A DNA stretch of 64,000 bases from a bacterium (lineage in GTDB: Bacteria; Bacillota; Clostridia; Christensenellales; CAG-138): positions 1,256-65,255 of the forward strand of contig CAVIJJ010000002.1 in the NCBI GenBank assembly GCA_963643205.1. Direction: 5' to 3'. The notes beneath the pieces were generated by a model. The model saw only the letters and a program-made list of their open reading frames with translations, did no database searches and had not been told where the DNA came from. The translations under genes were made by a program, and so were the position numbers. Each line of letters begins with the position of its first letter. Within the stretch, counting starts at the first letter, position 1. Of this stretch, positions 1 to 8,448 are shown piece after piece.

Positions 1-305
1 AGCGCGAAAAGCATTATCGTTATGCCCCAGGCCATGTAGCCGAACGCTATAAAAGGCTTTCTTTTGCCGCTGCGGTCGCAAAGGCCGCCCGCTATAACGG
101 TTGTGGCCGTGGCTGTAAGGGCGGAGAGTATTACCATAAGCGTGGTGACAAGATAGGACATATCGGCCCTGCCGGAATTGGCGAATATATCCTGGGCGAG
201 GGTGGCGAAATACATGTTTTCAACTATCCAGGCCACCTGACCCACAAGGCCGAAGAATATCGCGGCGAACCATATCCGCGCGCCCACTTTGCTCTTTTCC
301 TGCAT
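1..305 (-). CDS. MFS-type transporter, N-terminal fragment (gene runs off left edge)
   Basis: Own translation of the minus strand from ATG 305-303 (AAGGAGG 5 nt upstream): MQEKSKVGARIWFAAIFFGLVGQVAWIVENMYF...VIAGGLCDRSGKRKPFIAFGY. It shows hydrophobic helices plus a D-R-x-G-K-R-K loop typical of MFS/GPH symporters. It is truncated, so it is absent from the ORF track. Confidence 0.5.
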   Translation of the reverse strand, partial: MQEKSKVGARIWFAAIFFGLVGQVAWIVENMYFATLAQDIFANSGRADMSYLVTTLMVILSALTATATTVIAGGLCDRSGKRKPFIAFGYMAWGITIMLFA

Positions 306-316
306 ATTATCCTCCT

Positions 317-1324
317 TTAGTGCTTATCGCAGTTCTGCTGCCAGCGCCAGCTGTCGATACACATATCGTTAAGGCTCTTTTCCGCGCGCCAGTTAAGAAT
401 TCTTTCAGCTTTCCGGGTGCCGGCGTAGCACTCGGCAATGTCTCCCGCTCTGCGCCCGGTTATGCGATAGGGAATCTTTACGCCGGTTGATTGCTCAAAG
501 GCGTGAATAAGCTCCAGCACGCTCGTGCCCTTGCCCGTGCCAAGGTTGAATATTTCCAAACCCTTATGCTCAAGCGCGTACTTAAGCGCGGCAACATGCC
601 CGCGCGCAAGGTCAACAATGTGTATATAGTCCCTCACTCCCGTGCCGTCGGGCGTTGGGTAATCGTTCCCGAAAACGCTGAGCATCGGCCGTATTCCCGC
701 GGCGGTCTGGGTAATGTAGGGCATAAGATTATTGGGTATGCCGTTTGGCTTTTCGCCTATAAGGCCGCTTTCGTGCGCGCCGATTGGGTTAAAATATCTT
801 AAAAGAACGGCGCTTAAGCTCTTGTCGGCGTTTGCCGCGTCCTTCAGAATTTCTTCTATGAAATATTTTGTTTTGCCGTATGGGTTTGTGCATTCGCCGG
901 CGCTCATTTCTTCCGTAAAGGGAACCGGGTTGGCGGAACCGTATACCGTTGCTGAGGAGCTGAAAACAATCGTTTCGCAGCCGTGCGCCTTCATCTGCTC
1001 CATAACGGTAAGGGTTGTGTCAATATTGTTTCGGTAATACTTTATGGGCTCGGCTACGGATTCGCCAACGGCCTTAAAGCCCGCGCAGTGTATAACCGCG
1101 TCTATTCTGTTTTCGTCAAACAGGCGCTTCATGGCCGCGGAGTCAGCAACATTGACTTCATAGCAGGGTACGCGCTTGCCGGTTATTTTATAAAGATTTG
1201 TTATAACGCCGGGCGAGCTGTTGCTGAAATCGTCCGCTATCACGGTATCGTATCCCGCGCCTATAAGCTCAACCGCCACATGCGAGCCTATGAAGCCCGC
1301 GCCTCCGGTAAGTAGAACAGACAT
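317..1324 (-). CDS. galE: UDP-glucose 4-epimerase
   Basis: 335 aa. Rossmann motif LLTGGAGFIGSH and catalytic YxxxK (YGKTKYFIEE). The overall sequence is typical of GalE. Confidence 0.9.
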   Translation of the reverse strand: MSVLLTGGAGFIGSHVAVELIGAGYDTVIADDFSNSSPGVITNLYKITGKRVPCYEVNVADSAAMKRLFDENRIDAVIHCAGFKAVGESVAEPIKYYRNNIDTTLTVMEQMKAHGCETIVFSSSATVYGSANPVPFTEEMSAGECTNPYGKTKYFIEEILKDAANADKSLSAVLLRYFNPIGAHESGLIGEKPNGIPNNLMPYITQTAAGIRPMLSVFGNDYPTPDGTGVRDYIHIVDLARGHVAALKYALEHKGLEIFNLGTGKGTSVLELIHAFEQSTGVKIPYRITGRRAGDIAECYAGTRKAERILNWRAEKSLNDMCIDSWRWQQNCDKH

Positions 1325-1473
1325 GCGATTTTCCCCCTTGATATCCGCTTTTTTTGCATTATATCAAAAACCGCATCGCCACGCAACGAGGTTTGACTTA
1401 GATAGAATGTACTGATATAATGTTTAATTAAGTGTATGCTAAGCGTGCATTAAGCATCAGGGAGGGGAAACCA

Positions 1474-3372
1474 GTGCTTAAATCCAAATACCGTGGTGTA
1501 TTGGTGCTGTTGATGGACGTGTGCCTGATATTCGGCTTCAACTTCGCCATGTTCTTCGATCATCTCGCGTCCGACGGGATACAGTTATACAATCTTGTAA
1601 TGCATATCGGCCTTCTTACGGTATGCGTACTCGTGTTCCAGCTTATTTTCAAAACATACAATACTCTTTGGCGATATGCGGAAAGCCAGGAGTATCTTAC
1701 GCTGCTTAAGGGTATGGGCTGCGGTTTTTTGCTGTACACTTTGGTAAACGTAATACTCGGCACGAACAGGGTTTGGATAGTTGAGGCGTTTAACGGCACG
1801 GCTATCGCGCTTCTTGTAATGCTCGCGGTGCGCTTTATTTATCGCGCTTACAGGCGAAGCGTAAACGGGGCGGACAAATCGGCGAAGCGCGTTGTGGCGA
1901 TAGTCGGCGCGGGCACGGCGGGAGCGGCTCTTTTAAGCGATATTAAGGAAAATGTATACGGCGATTATAAGCCGTATTGCTTTGTGGACGATTCAAAAGA
2001 GAAGCAAGGAAAAACAATCCACGGCGTAAACGTTATGGGCCCGGTGGGCAGCATTGTTGAGCTGCTTGCGAATACGCCCGTTACGGATATAATAATAGCT
2101 ATAAACGCGGCTTCTGCCGAAAGGCGGCGCGAAATACTGAATGTATGCACAAATACCCGCTGCCGCGTGCATATATACGGAAACCCCCTAACTCAGATCG
2201 GCGCCGGGACGAAGGACGGCAAAAAGGTGGTAAGAGAGGTTCAGATAGAGGACCTTCTCGGCCGCGAGCCCATAAGGCTTGAAAATAAAAGGGTAAGTGA
2301 GTTTGTCCGCGGCAAGGTGGTGCTTGTAACGGGCGGCGGCGGATCGATAGGATCCGAGCTTTGCCGCCAGATAGCCGCGCAGGGGCCGAAAAGGCTTATT
2401 GTGCTGGACATCGCGGAAAACACAACATACGAGCTTCAGAACGACCTTATGCATACCTACGGCGCGGATTTCCCGCTGAGCGTAGAGATAGCCTCCGTGC
2501 GGGACAGGGCAAGGCTTGACGAGATATTCTCCCGCTACCGCCCGCAGCTTGTGCTGCACGCGGCGGCGCATAAGCACGTGCCGCTTATGGAAAGCTGCCC
2601 CGGCGAGGCAATAAAAAACAACGTGTTCGGAACATATAACACGGCCTGCGCCGCAAGAAAATACGGCGCGGAGAAATTCGTGCTTATATCAACGGATAAG
2701 GCCGTTAACCCCACAAACGTTATGGGTGCCACCAAGTGCCTGTGCGAGCAGGTGCTTCAATCCTTAAACGGCGGCGATACGGAGTTTGCCGCGGTGCGCT
2801 TCGGCAACGTATTGGGCTCAAGCGGCTCCGTTATTCCCCTTTTCAAAAAGCAGATAGAATACGGCGGACCCGTTACCATTACGGACAGGCGCATAATAAG
2901 ATATTTTATGACAATTCCAGAGGCGGCGCAGCTGGTGCTGGAGGCGGGGTATTTTGCCCATAAGGACGAGGTGTTCGTGCTTGATATGGGCGAGCCTGTG
3001 CGCATAGCGGACCTGGCGGACAAGCTTATAAGGCTTTCGGGCTATATTCCGGGCGTGGATATAGAGATAAAAGAGGTTGGCTTAAGGCCCGGGGAGAAGC
3101 TTTATGAGGAGCTTCTTATGTCCAACGAAAACCTGAACAGAACCGAAAACAGGAAAATATTCGTTGAAAAGCGCCCGGAGATGGACGAGGAGCTTATGAA
3201 GAGCAGGCTTGACGAACTTGAAAAAACGGTTGAAGCGGCGGACAATGAGGCCATGATTGCGGCCCTGCACAAGCTTGTGCCCACATTCAGAACCCCTGAC
3301 GAGGTTAATAAAAACGCCGAGCGCGTAAAGGCGGAGTGCGCCAGGTGCGCGGGCAGCGGGGTGGCCGTATGA
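1474..3372 (+). CDS. Membrane-bound polysaccharide biosynthesis protein, CapD/PglF/EpsC-type UDP-sugar 4,6-dehydratase
   Basis: N-terminal TM helices followed by two Rossmann motifs (IVGAGTAGA; VTGGGGSIGSEL). Start moved from the ORF-track 1432 to in-frame GTG 1474, which is preceded by GGAGGGG at 6 nt. Confidence 0.85.
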   Translation: MLKSKYRGVLVLLMDVCLIFGFNFAMFFDHLASDGIQLYNLVMHIGLLTVCVLVFQLIFKTYNTLWRYAESQEYLTLLKGMGCGFLLYTLVNVILGTNRVWIVEAFNGTAIALLVMLAVRFIYRAYRRSVNGADKSAKRVVAIVGAGTAGAALLSDIKENVYGDYKPYCFVDDSKEKQGKTIHGVNVMGPVGSIVELLANTPVTDIIIAINAASAERRREILNVCTNTRCRVHIYGNPLTQIGAGTKDGKKVVREVQIEDLLGREPIRLENKRVSEFVRGKVVLVTGGGGSIGSELCRQIAAQGPKRLIVLDIAENTTYELQNDLMHTYGADFPLSVEIASVRDRARLDEIFSRYRPQLVLHAAAHKHVPLMESCPGEAIKNNVFGTYNTACAARKYGAEKFVLISTDKAVNPTNVMGATKCLCEQVLQSLNGGDTEFAAVRFGNVLGSSGSVIPLFKKQIEYGGPVTITDRRIIRYFMTIPEAAQLVLEAGYFAHKDEVFVLDMGEPVRIADLADKLIRLSGYIPGVDIEIKEVGLRPGEKLYEELLMSNENLNRTENRKIFVEKRPEMDEELMKSRLDELEKTVEAADNEAMIAALHKLVPTFRTPDEVNKNAERVKAECARCAGSGVAV

Positions 3373-4112
3373 TAGATATACACAGCCACATACTCTATGG
3401 CGTGGACGACGGCTCCCGGTCCGCTGAGGACAGCATGATAATGGCCGAAACCGCCACGGAAAACGGCGTGAATGAAATGATAATGACTCCGCATTGCTGC
3501 GAGCCGGACGGATTCAATAACTTCAACACACCGGAGCTGAGGCGCAGGTTTGACCTTATGCGGGCCATGATGAGGGAAAAGGAAGTGCCGCTTAAGCTTC
3601 ATAACGGCATGGAGGTTTTCGCGACAAAAAATCTTGCGGAGCAGCTGGACGCGGGCAGGCTCTTAACCCTTGCGGGGTCAAAGTATCTGCTTATAGAGTT
3701 CGCGTTCGGTGAAATGGGGGATTTTATAGAGCGCAGTCTGCAAGCGGTTTTTGAGCGGGGACTTGTGCCGGTTATAGCGCACCCCGAAAGATATTATTTT
3801 GTTCAGGACGAGCCTCAGTTTTTGGAGCATTGCGCGCTCTGCGGCGCGGTGGTGCAGCTTAATAAGGGCAGCCTTTCGGGAATGTTTGGCCGCCATGCAA
3901 GAAAAACGGCCTTCTGGTGCCTGGAGCACGGATGCGTGCACATAATAGCCAGCGACGCGCACGGCCCTTATCAGCGCACAACAAAGCTTAACAATTGCTT
4001 TGACGCGGTTGCCGAATACTACGGAAAGGATGCCGCAAAGCTTCTTTTTGAGGAAAATCCGGCGGCTATAATAAAGAATGACGAGGTATTTGCCCTCGCG
4101 AGCGAATTTTAA
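3369..4112 (+). CDS. cpsB: PHP-family protein-tyrosine phosphatase (CpsB/YwqE type)
   Basis: Starts MIDIHSHILYGVDDG and has later IASDAHG and HPERY motifs typical of Mn-dependent CpsB phosphatases. ATG 3369 overlaps the upstream stop (ATGA). The ORF-track start 3336 was rejected. Confidence 0.85.
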   Translation: MIDIHSHILYGVDDGSRSAEDSMIMAETATENGVNEMIMTPHCCEPDGFNNFNTPELRRRFDLMRAMMREKEVPLKLHNGMEVFATKNLAEQLDAGRLLTLAGSKYLLIEFAFGEMGDFIERSLQAVFERGLVPVIAHPERYYFVQDEPQFLEHCALCGAVVQLNKGSLSGMFGRHARKTAFWCLEHGCVHIIASDAHGPYQRTTKLNNCFDAVAEYYGKDAAKLLFEENPAAIIKNDEVFALASEF

Positions 4113-4139
4113 CTTACTGCGGAAGGAAACGAACGCACG

Positions 4140-4940
4140 ATGAAACGGCTTCATATCACAATGCTTATATTGTTCATTGCCTCGGCGTTGCTGCTTGGGG
4201 GAGTGCTGTTCTATAAGCATTATACAACCGATACCACCATGCCTGAAATAAGGATAGATGAGGAACCGCTGCAGCTTTCGGTAGCGGACGGTACGGACGC
4301 GCTCATGCAGGGGGTAAGCGCGTACGACGAAAAGGACGGAGACATAACGGACAATCTTATACTGCAAAAGATAGAAATGGTTGAATCGGGCGAGGTTGTG
4401 GCAACCTATGCCGTGGCGGACAACGACAGCCACGTTGTTACCCGCACAAGAACAATAGTGTATACGGACTATGTTTCCCCGCGCTTCAGCCTTTCAAAGG
4501 AGCTTAGATATTCCCCGACCGGCAGCATACAGGTTAGGGACCGCCTGACCGCTACGGACGTTATAGATGGCGACATAAGCGCGTCCATCCGCATAAACAC
4601 AAACAATCTTTCCCCGTATTACGCGGGAATTTACCCCGTTACGTTAGAGGTTACAAACAGCCTGGGCGACCACGTTTCGCTTACGCTTGATGTTGAGATA
4701 AGAACAATTGCCGATAATGAGCCGGTAATAACGCTTGATACATACCTTGTTTACATGACAAAGGAAGAATCAAAATCCTTTAAGCCCAAGGACTACGTTA
4801 AGGATGTTACAGGCGCGGACATAAAGGACGTGTATACCGACAAATCCCGCCTGAGCACGGGCGTGAACAGAGTTACCTATTCCTGCCGGAACGAAATAGG
4901 CGTGCGCGGCAGCGCGGTGCTCTACATAGTTGTGGAATAA
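4140..4940 (+). CDS. Membrane-anchored protein with repeated Ig-like (DUF5011-like) modules
   Basis: N-terminal TM helix (ITMLILFIASALLLGGVLFY). It then carries repeated A-x-D-x-x-DGDI(T/S) motifs (AYDEKDGDIT, ATDVIDGDIS), as in bacterial Ig-like/DUF5011 domains. Function unknown. Confidence 0.55.
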   Translation: MKRLHITMLILFIASALLLGGVLFYKHYTTDTTMPEIRIDEEPLQLSVADGTDALMQGVSAYDEKDGDITDNLILQKIEMVESGEVVATYAVADNDSHVVTRTRTIVYTDYVSPRFSLSKELRYSPTGSIQVRDRLTATDVIDGDISASIRINTNNLSPYYAGIYPVTLEVTNSLGDHVSLTLDVEIRTIADNEPVITLDTYLVYMTKEESKSFKPKDYVKDVTGADIKDVYTDKSRLSTGVNRVTYSCRNEIGVRGSAVLYIVVE

Positions 4941-4953
4941 GGGGGAGGCAGCA

Positions 4954-6444
4954 ATGGATACACACGCGTCAAACCGAATGACGGATATAAGCCTTGTCTG
5001 CGTTATCCGCCGAATAGTAAAGGAAATACCCACGATTATCGCGGCGGGCCTTATAGCGGCCATGCTTACGGTGTCGTACCTTAAGCTTTTTTATAAGCCC
5101 GAGTATACCGCAACGGCTACTGTTGCCGTGGGCATGAAAAACGCGAGCTACACATCCGTTTTTTCAAACCTTTCAAACACGTCCGAAATGGCGGGCACAT
5201 TTATAAAGCTTTTTGACAGCACAATGTTCTCGGTCATTTCAAAGGAAAAGCTGGGTGTTGAAAAGCTAAACGGCACTCTTACGGCAGCCGTTGTGCCTGA
5301 AACAAACCTTATGACAATGAGCGTAACGGCGGACAATCCTACGGACGCGTTCAAAACGCTCAGGTTTTTGCTTGATAACTATTCGGTTGTGTCGGACTAC
5401 GTTTTTCAAAACGTGGTGCTGAGGGAGCTTGACCCGCCGAGCGTGCCCGGTTCCCCGTCAAACCCGCTGCAGCTCACCTCCGCCGTAAAGCGCGCGTTCG
5501 CTATAGGCGCGGCGGCAATGGCACTTGCCATAATAGCATCCATACTGCTTGCCGACAGGGTGCAGACGTCCTCCGCCGCAAGGCATAAAATAGACGCTAA
5601 GCTTTACTGCACCATACATCACGAAACAAAGAACAAAACCCTTAGGACAAAGCTTAAAAAGACCACAAAGGGCCTTCTTATAACCAACACCACCTCAAGC
5701 TTCAGCTTCAGCGAGGAGGTGGCAAAGCTTGCCTCCCGCGTGTCGCACGCGGCAAAGCGGGACAATAAAAACGTTTTACTCGTCACAAGCGTTGCCGAAA
5801 ACGAGGGCAAGTCCACCGTTGCCGCGAACCTTGCAATTTCCCTTGCCCAAAAGGGCGGCACGGTGCTGCTTGTGGACGCGGATATGCATAAGCCCTCTCA
5901 GTTTAAGCTTTTCGGCTGCGAGGTTAAAACCGAGCTTGCGGACATACTGCGCGGAGCGCGCCGGCTTGAATCGGAATACCTTGAAAAATACGGCGTAAAC
6001 GTAATACTCTCATCAAAAACTCAGAGCGACGCGGCGGAGCTTTTGTCCTCAAAGCAGATGAGAAAAATACTGGCGGATATAAGCGCCGCAACGGATTATA
6101 CAATAATAGACTCACCGCCTATGGCAATGTTTTCGGATTCGGAAATACTGGCGGATATAGCGGACTACTCGCTCCTTGTCGTAAGGCAGGACTGCGTAAG
6201 CGCCGGCAGAATTAACGACGCCGTGGATATGCTCAATCAAAGCAAGGCGCACCTGCTGGGAGTGGTGTTTAACGACGTGCGCTCAACGCCCATAGTGGGT
6301 CACAGCAGCTATGGCTACGGCTACGGATATGGCTACGGTTACGGCTACGGCCATCACTACGGCTACAACAAGGCCTATGGCTACGGCGAATCTAAGGGCA
6401 AGCACAGGCATACGGAGGGGACCGATGGAAGAAAAGAAGGTTGA
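4954..6444 (+). CDS. Fused Wzz-type chain-length modulator / BY-tyrosine kinase (paralog 1)
   Basis: Two TM helices flank a Wzz-like ectodomain, followed by a P-loop kinase: Walker A SVAENEGKST, Walker A' LLVDADMHKPS, Walker B YTIIDSPP. The C-terminal Tyr cluster is (YG)7HHYGYNKAYGYG. The start was chosen at ATG 4954 (GGGGGAGG upstream). Confidence 0.85.
   Translation: MDTHASNRMTDISLVCVIRRIVKEIPTIIAAGLIAAMLTVSYLKLFYKPEYTATATVAVGMKNASYTSVFSNLSNTSEMAGTFIKLFDSTMFSVISKEKLGVEKLNGTLTAAVVPETNLMTMSVTADNPTDAFKTLRFLLDNYSVVSDYVFQNVVLRELDPPSVPGSPSNPLQLTSAVKRAFAIGAAAMALAIIASILLADRVQTSSAARHKIDAKLYCTIHHETKNKTLRTKLKKTTKGLLITNTTSSFSFSEEVAKLASRVSHAAKRDNKNVLLVTSVAENEGKSTVAANLAISLAQKGGTVLLVDADMHKPSQFKLFGCEVKTELADILRGARRLESEYLEKYGVNVILSSKTQSDAAELLSSKQMRKILADISAATDYTIIDSPPMAMFSDSEILADIADYSLLVVRQDCVSAGRINDAVDMLNQSKAHLLGVVFNDVRSTPIVGHSSYGYGYGYGYGYGYGHHYGYNKAYGYGESKGKHRHTEGTDGRKEG
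6310..6351 (+). repeat. Hexanucleotide (TAY-GGN)7 tract encoding the (YG)7 phospho-acceptor tail of kinase 1
   Basis: tat ggc tac ggc tac gga tat ggc tac ggt tac ggc tac ggc, read directly from the sequence. Confidence 0.9.
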
Positions 6445-7954
6445 TCGCCGGGACGATGGGGCGATAGATATATCGCGGCTTTTGATGGAGTTTCTTCCGG
6501 TACTGAAGAAGCTTTTCTGGGTACCGCTTGTGTTCGCGTTTATAGCGGGGGCGCTTGTTTTCGTAAGGGCATATTTAAGCTATACGCCCATGTATGAATG
6601 CGAGGTTACGTTTACGGTAGAGGTTGTTACAACCTCAACAACGGGCAGCGAATCAAGCAGCGGCTACAGCTATTACAATAAGGCAACGGCGGAGCAGCTG
6701 GGAAAAACGTTCCCTTATCTTATAAGCTCGGATCTTATGTATTCCCGGCTTAAAAAAGAGCTTGGCGTAACCGGCATAAACGGCACCATAACCGCCGAAA
6801 CGATGGACAACACAAACCTTTTCACCATGCGCGTAACCAGCAGCAGCCCAAAGGACGCGAAAAACATACTTGAGGCGGTGATAAAGCTTTATCCGGAGGT
6901 TGCGGACTACGTTATAGGCAGCACGGCAATGAACCTTTTGACGGATCCGGTTGAGCCCAGTGTACCGTATAACAGCTTTAACGGGGTAAACTCGGCCGTA
7001 AAGGGCGCGATAGTTGGCGCGGTTGTGGGCTTTGGCATACTTATGCTGTGCGCCGCGGTGAGGAACACCGTGCGCGAGCCGGACGACATTCGCGTAAAGC
7101 TGAACCAAACCTGCCTTGCAACGCTTCCTAAGGTCACGTTCAAAAAGCGCAAGCAGAACAAGGTTAATACCCTTTCAATAATGAATAAGCGCGTATCGGG
7201 CTCCTTCCACGAAAGCATACGCAGCCTAAGAATAAAGCTTTTAAGGCGGCTTGAAGGTAAGGGATGCCACGCAATACTTGTTACAAGCACCATGCCGGGC
7301 GAGGGCAAAACAACCGTTTCAACAAACCTGGCGCTGTCGCTCAGCAAAAACGGCGCGCGCGTAATACTTATAGATATGGACTTAAGGCGCCCCAGCGTAA
7401 AGAAGGCGCTTGGCATAACCGAGCCCACAAACGGGCTTGTTGAGCTTAGGGAGCGCAAAGTAAAAAGCGTTGGCGAATGCCTCTGCCAGCTGGAGGGCAC
7501 GTCGCTTAAACTGCTTGCCGGGGACAATGCCCGCAAGAGCACCCGCCCCATAAGCGTAAAATGGCTGAAAAACCTTATAGATACTCTCAGAAGCCAGGCG
7601 GACTTTATAATTGTGGACACTCCGCCGTGCGGTCTGCTTGCGGACAGCGCGAACATAGCAAGCGCCGTGGACTCAGCGCTTTATGTAATAGGCGCGGGCG
7701 GGGTAGAGGTAGCCAATATACTGGACAGCCTTCAGTTCCTTTCCGAATCCGGCACGGAGGTTATAGGCTGCGTGCTCAACGGCGTAGAAACAACCATAGG
7801 CGGAAGCCACGGCTACGGATACGGCTATGGCTACGGTTACGGTTACGGCTATTCCAAATACGGCTACGGCTACCGCAGCCGGGAGGACAGCGACGATAAA
7901 GACGACAGCGACGATAGCGACGCAAACGAAGAATCATTCGGCGAAAGCGAGTAA
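6425..7954 (+). CDS. Fused Wzz-type chain-length modulator / BY-tyrosine kinase (paralog 2)
   Basis: Starts MEEKKVDRR (GGAGGGG upstream) and overlaps paralog 1 by 20 nt. It has two TM helices, Walker A STMPGEGKTT, Walker A' ILIDMDLRRPS and Walker B FIIVDTPP. The tail is H(GY)7SKYGYGY followed by an acidic SREDSDDKDDSDDSD stretch. The ORF-track start 6311 is an out-of-frame read of the upstream YG repeat. Confidence 0.85.
   Translation: MEEKKVDRRDDGAIDISRLLMEFLPVLKKLFWVPLVFAFIAGALVFVRAYLSYTPMYECEVTFTVEVVTTSTTGSESSSGYSYYNKATAEQLGKTFPYLISSDLMYSRLKKELGVTGINGTITAETMDNTNLFTMRVTSSSPKDAKNILEAVIKLYPEVADYVIGSTAMNLLTDPVEPSVPYNSFNGVNSAVKGAIVGAVVGFGILMLCAAVRNTVREPDDIRVKLNQTCLATLPKVTFKKRKQNKVNTLSIMNKRVSGSFHESIRSLRIKLLRRLEGKGCHAILVTSTMPGEGKTTVSTNLALSLSKNGARVILIDMDLRRPSVKKALGITEPTNGLVELRERKVKSVGECLCQLEGTSLKLLAGDNARKSTRPISVKWLKNLIDTLRSQADFIIVDTPPCGLLADSANIASAVDSALYVIGAGGVEVANILDSLQFLSESGTEVIGCVLNGVETTIGGSHGYGYGYGYGYGYGYSKYGYGYRSREDSDDKDDSDDSDANEESFGESE
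7811..7852 (+). repeat. Hexanucleotide (GGN-TAY)7 tract encoding the (GY)7 tail of kinase 2
   Basis: ggc tac gga tac ggc tat ggc tac ggt tac ggt tac ggc tat. It is near-identical in composition to 6310-6351. Confidence 0.9.
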
Positions 7955-7959
7955 TTGCC

Positions 7960-8424
7960 ATGGAACCCGTTAAGCGCACGGTAGACACACAAAGCTACAT
8001 GAGCGTGCTCCGCGAGCTTGCGGAGAGCGGAGAAACCGTGTGCCTTACCATAACGGGCAGCAGCATGGTTCCCTTTCTTGTTCACGGGAGGGACAGCATA
8101 CGCTTTATTAAGCCGAAGGAGCCGCTTAAGCGGGGCGATATGGCCTTTTTTGTGCGAAAAAACGGACAATACGTTATGCACAGAATCATACGCCGGGATA
8201 AATACGGCAGGTATTTCGCCGTTGGGGACGCGCAAACGGAAATAGAAGGCCCGATTGAGGAAAGGGCCGTTTTCGGGCTTGTAACGGACGCGTGCCGCAA
8301 GGGCAAGTGGATTAAAAAAGGCGATTTTTGGTGGGACTTTTTTGCGGGGCCATGGCTTAGACTTATAAAAATAAGACCGGTGCTTATGAAACTCGGCTTT
8401 TTGGTGCCTAAAGGACTGCGATAA
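7960..8424 (+). CDS. S24/S26-type serine peptidase-like protein (signal-peptidase-I/LexA fold)
   Basis: 154 aa. It has an ITGSSMVPFL nucleophile motif and GQYVMHRII at the position where S24/S26A enzymes carry the general-base Lys (a His, as in SipW/ER-type S26B). There is no N-terminal TM helix, but the C-terminus is hydrophobic. Confidence 0.55.
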   Translation: MEPVKRTVDTQSYMSVLRELAESGETVCLTITGSSMVPFLVHGRDSIRFIKPKEPLKRGDMAFFVRKNGQYVMHRIIRRDKYGRYFAVGDAQTEIEGPIEERAVFGLVTDACRKGKWIKKGDFWWDFFAGPWLRLIKIRPVLMKLGFLVPKGLR

Positions 8425-8448
8425 ACTCAGCGGAAAGGCGGCGAGGCA

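Noticed and set aside
6311-6424. N-terminal extension MATATDMATVTATAITTATT... of the second BY-kinase ORF
   Set aside because: It is the out-of-frame reading of the upstream (YG)n repeat. A proper RBS (GGAGGGG) precedes ATG 6425.
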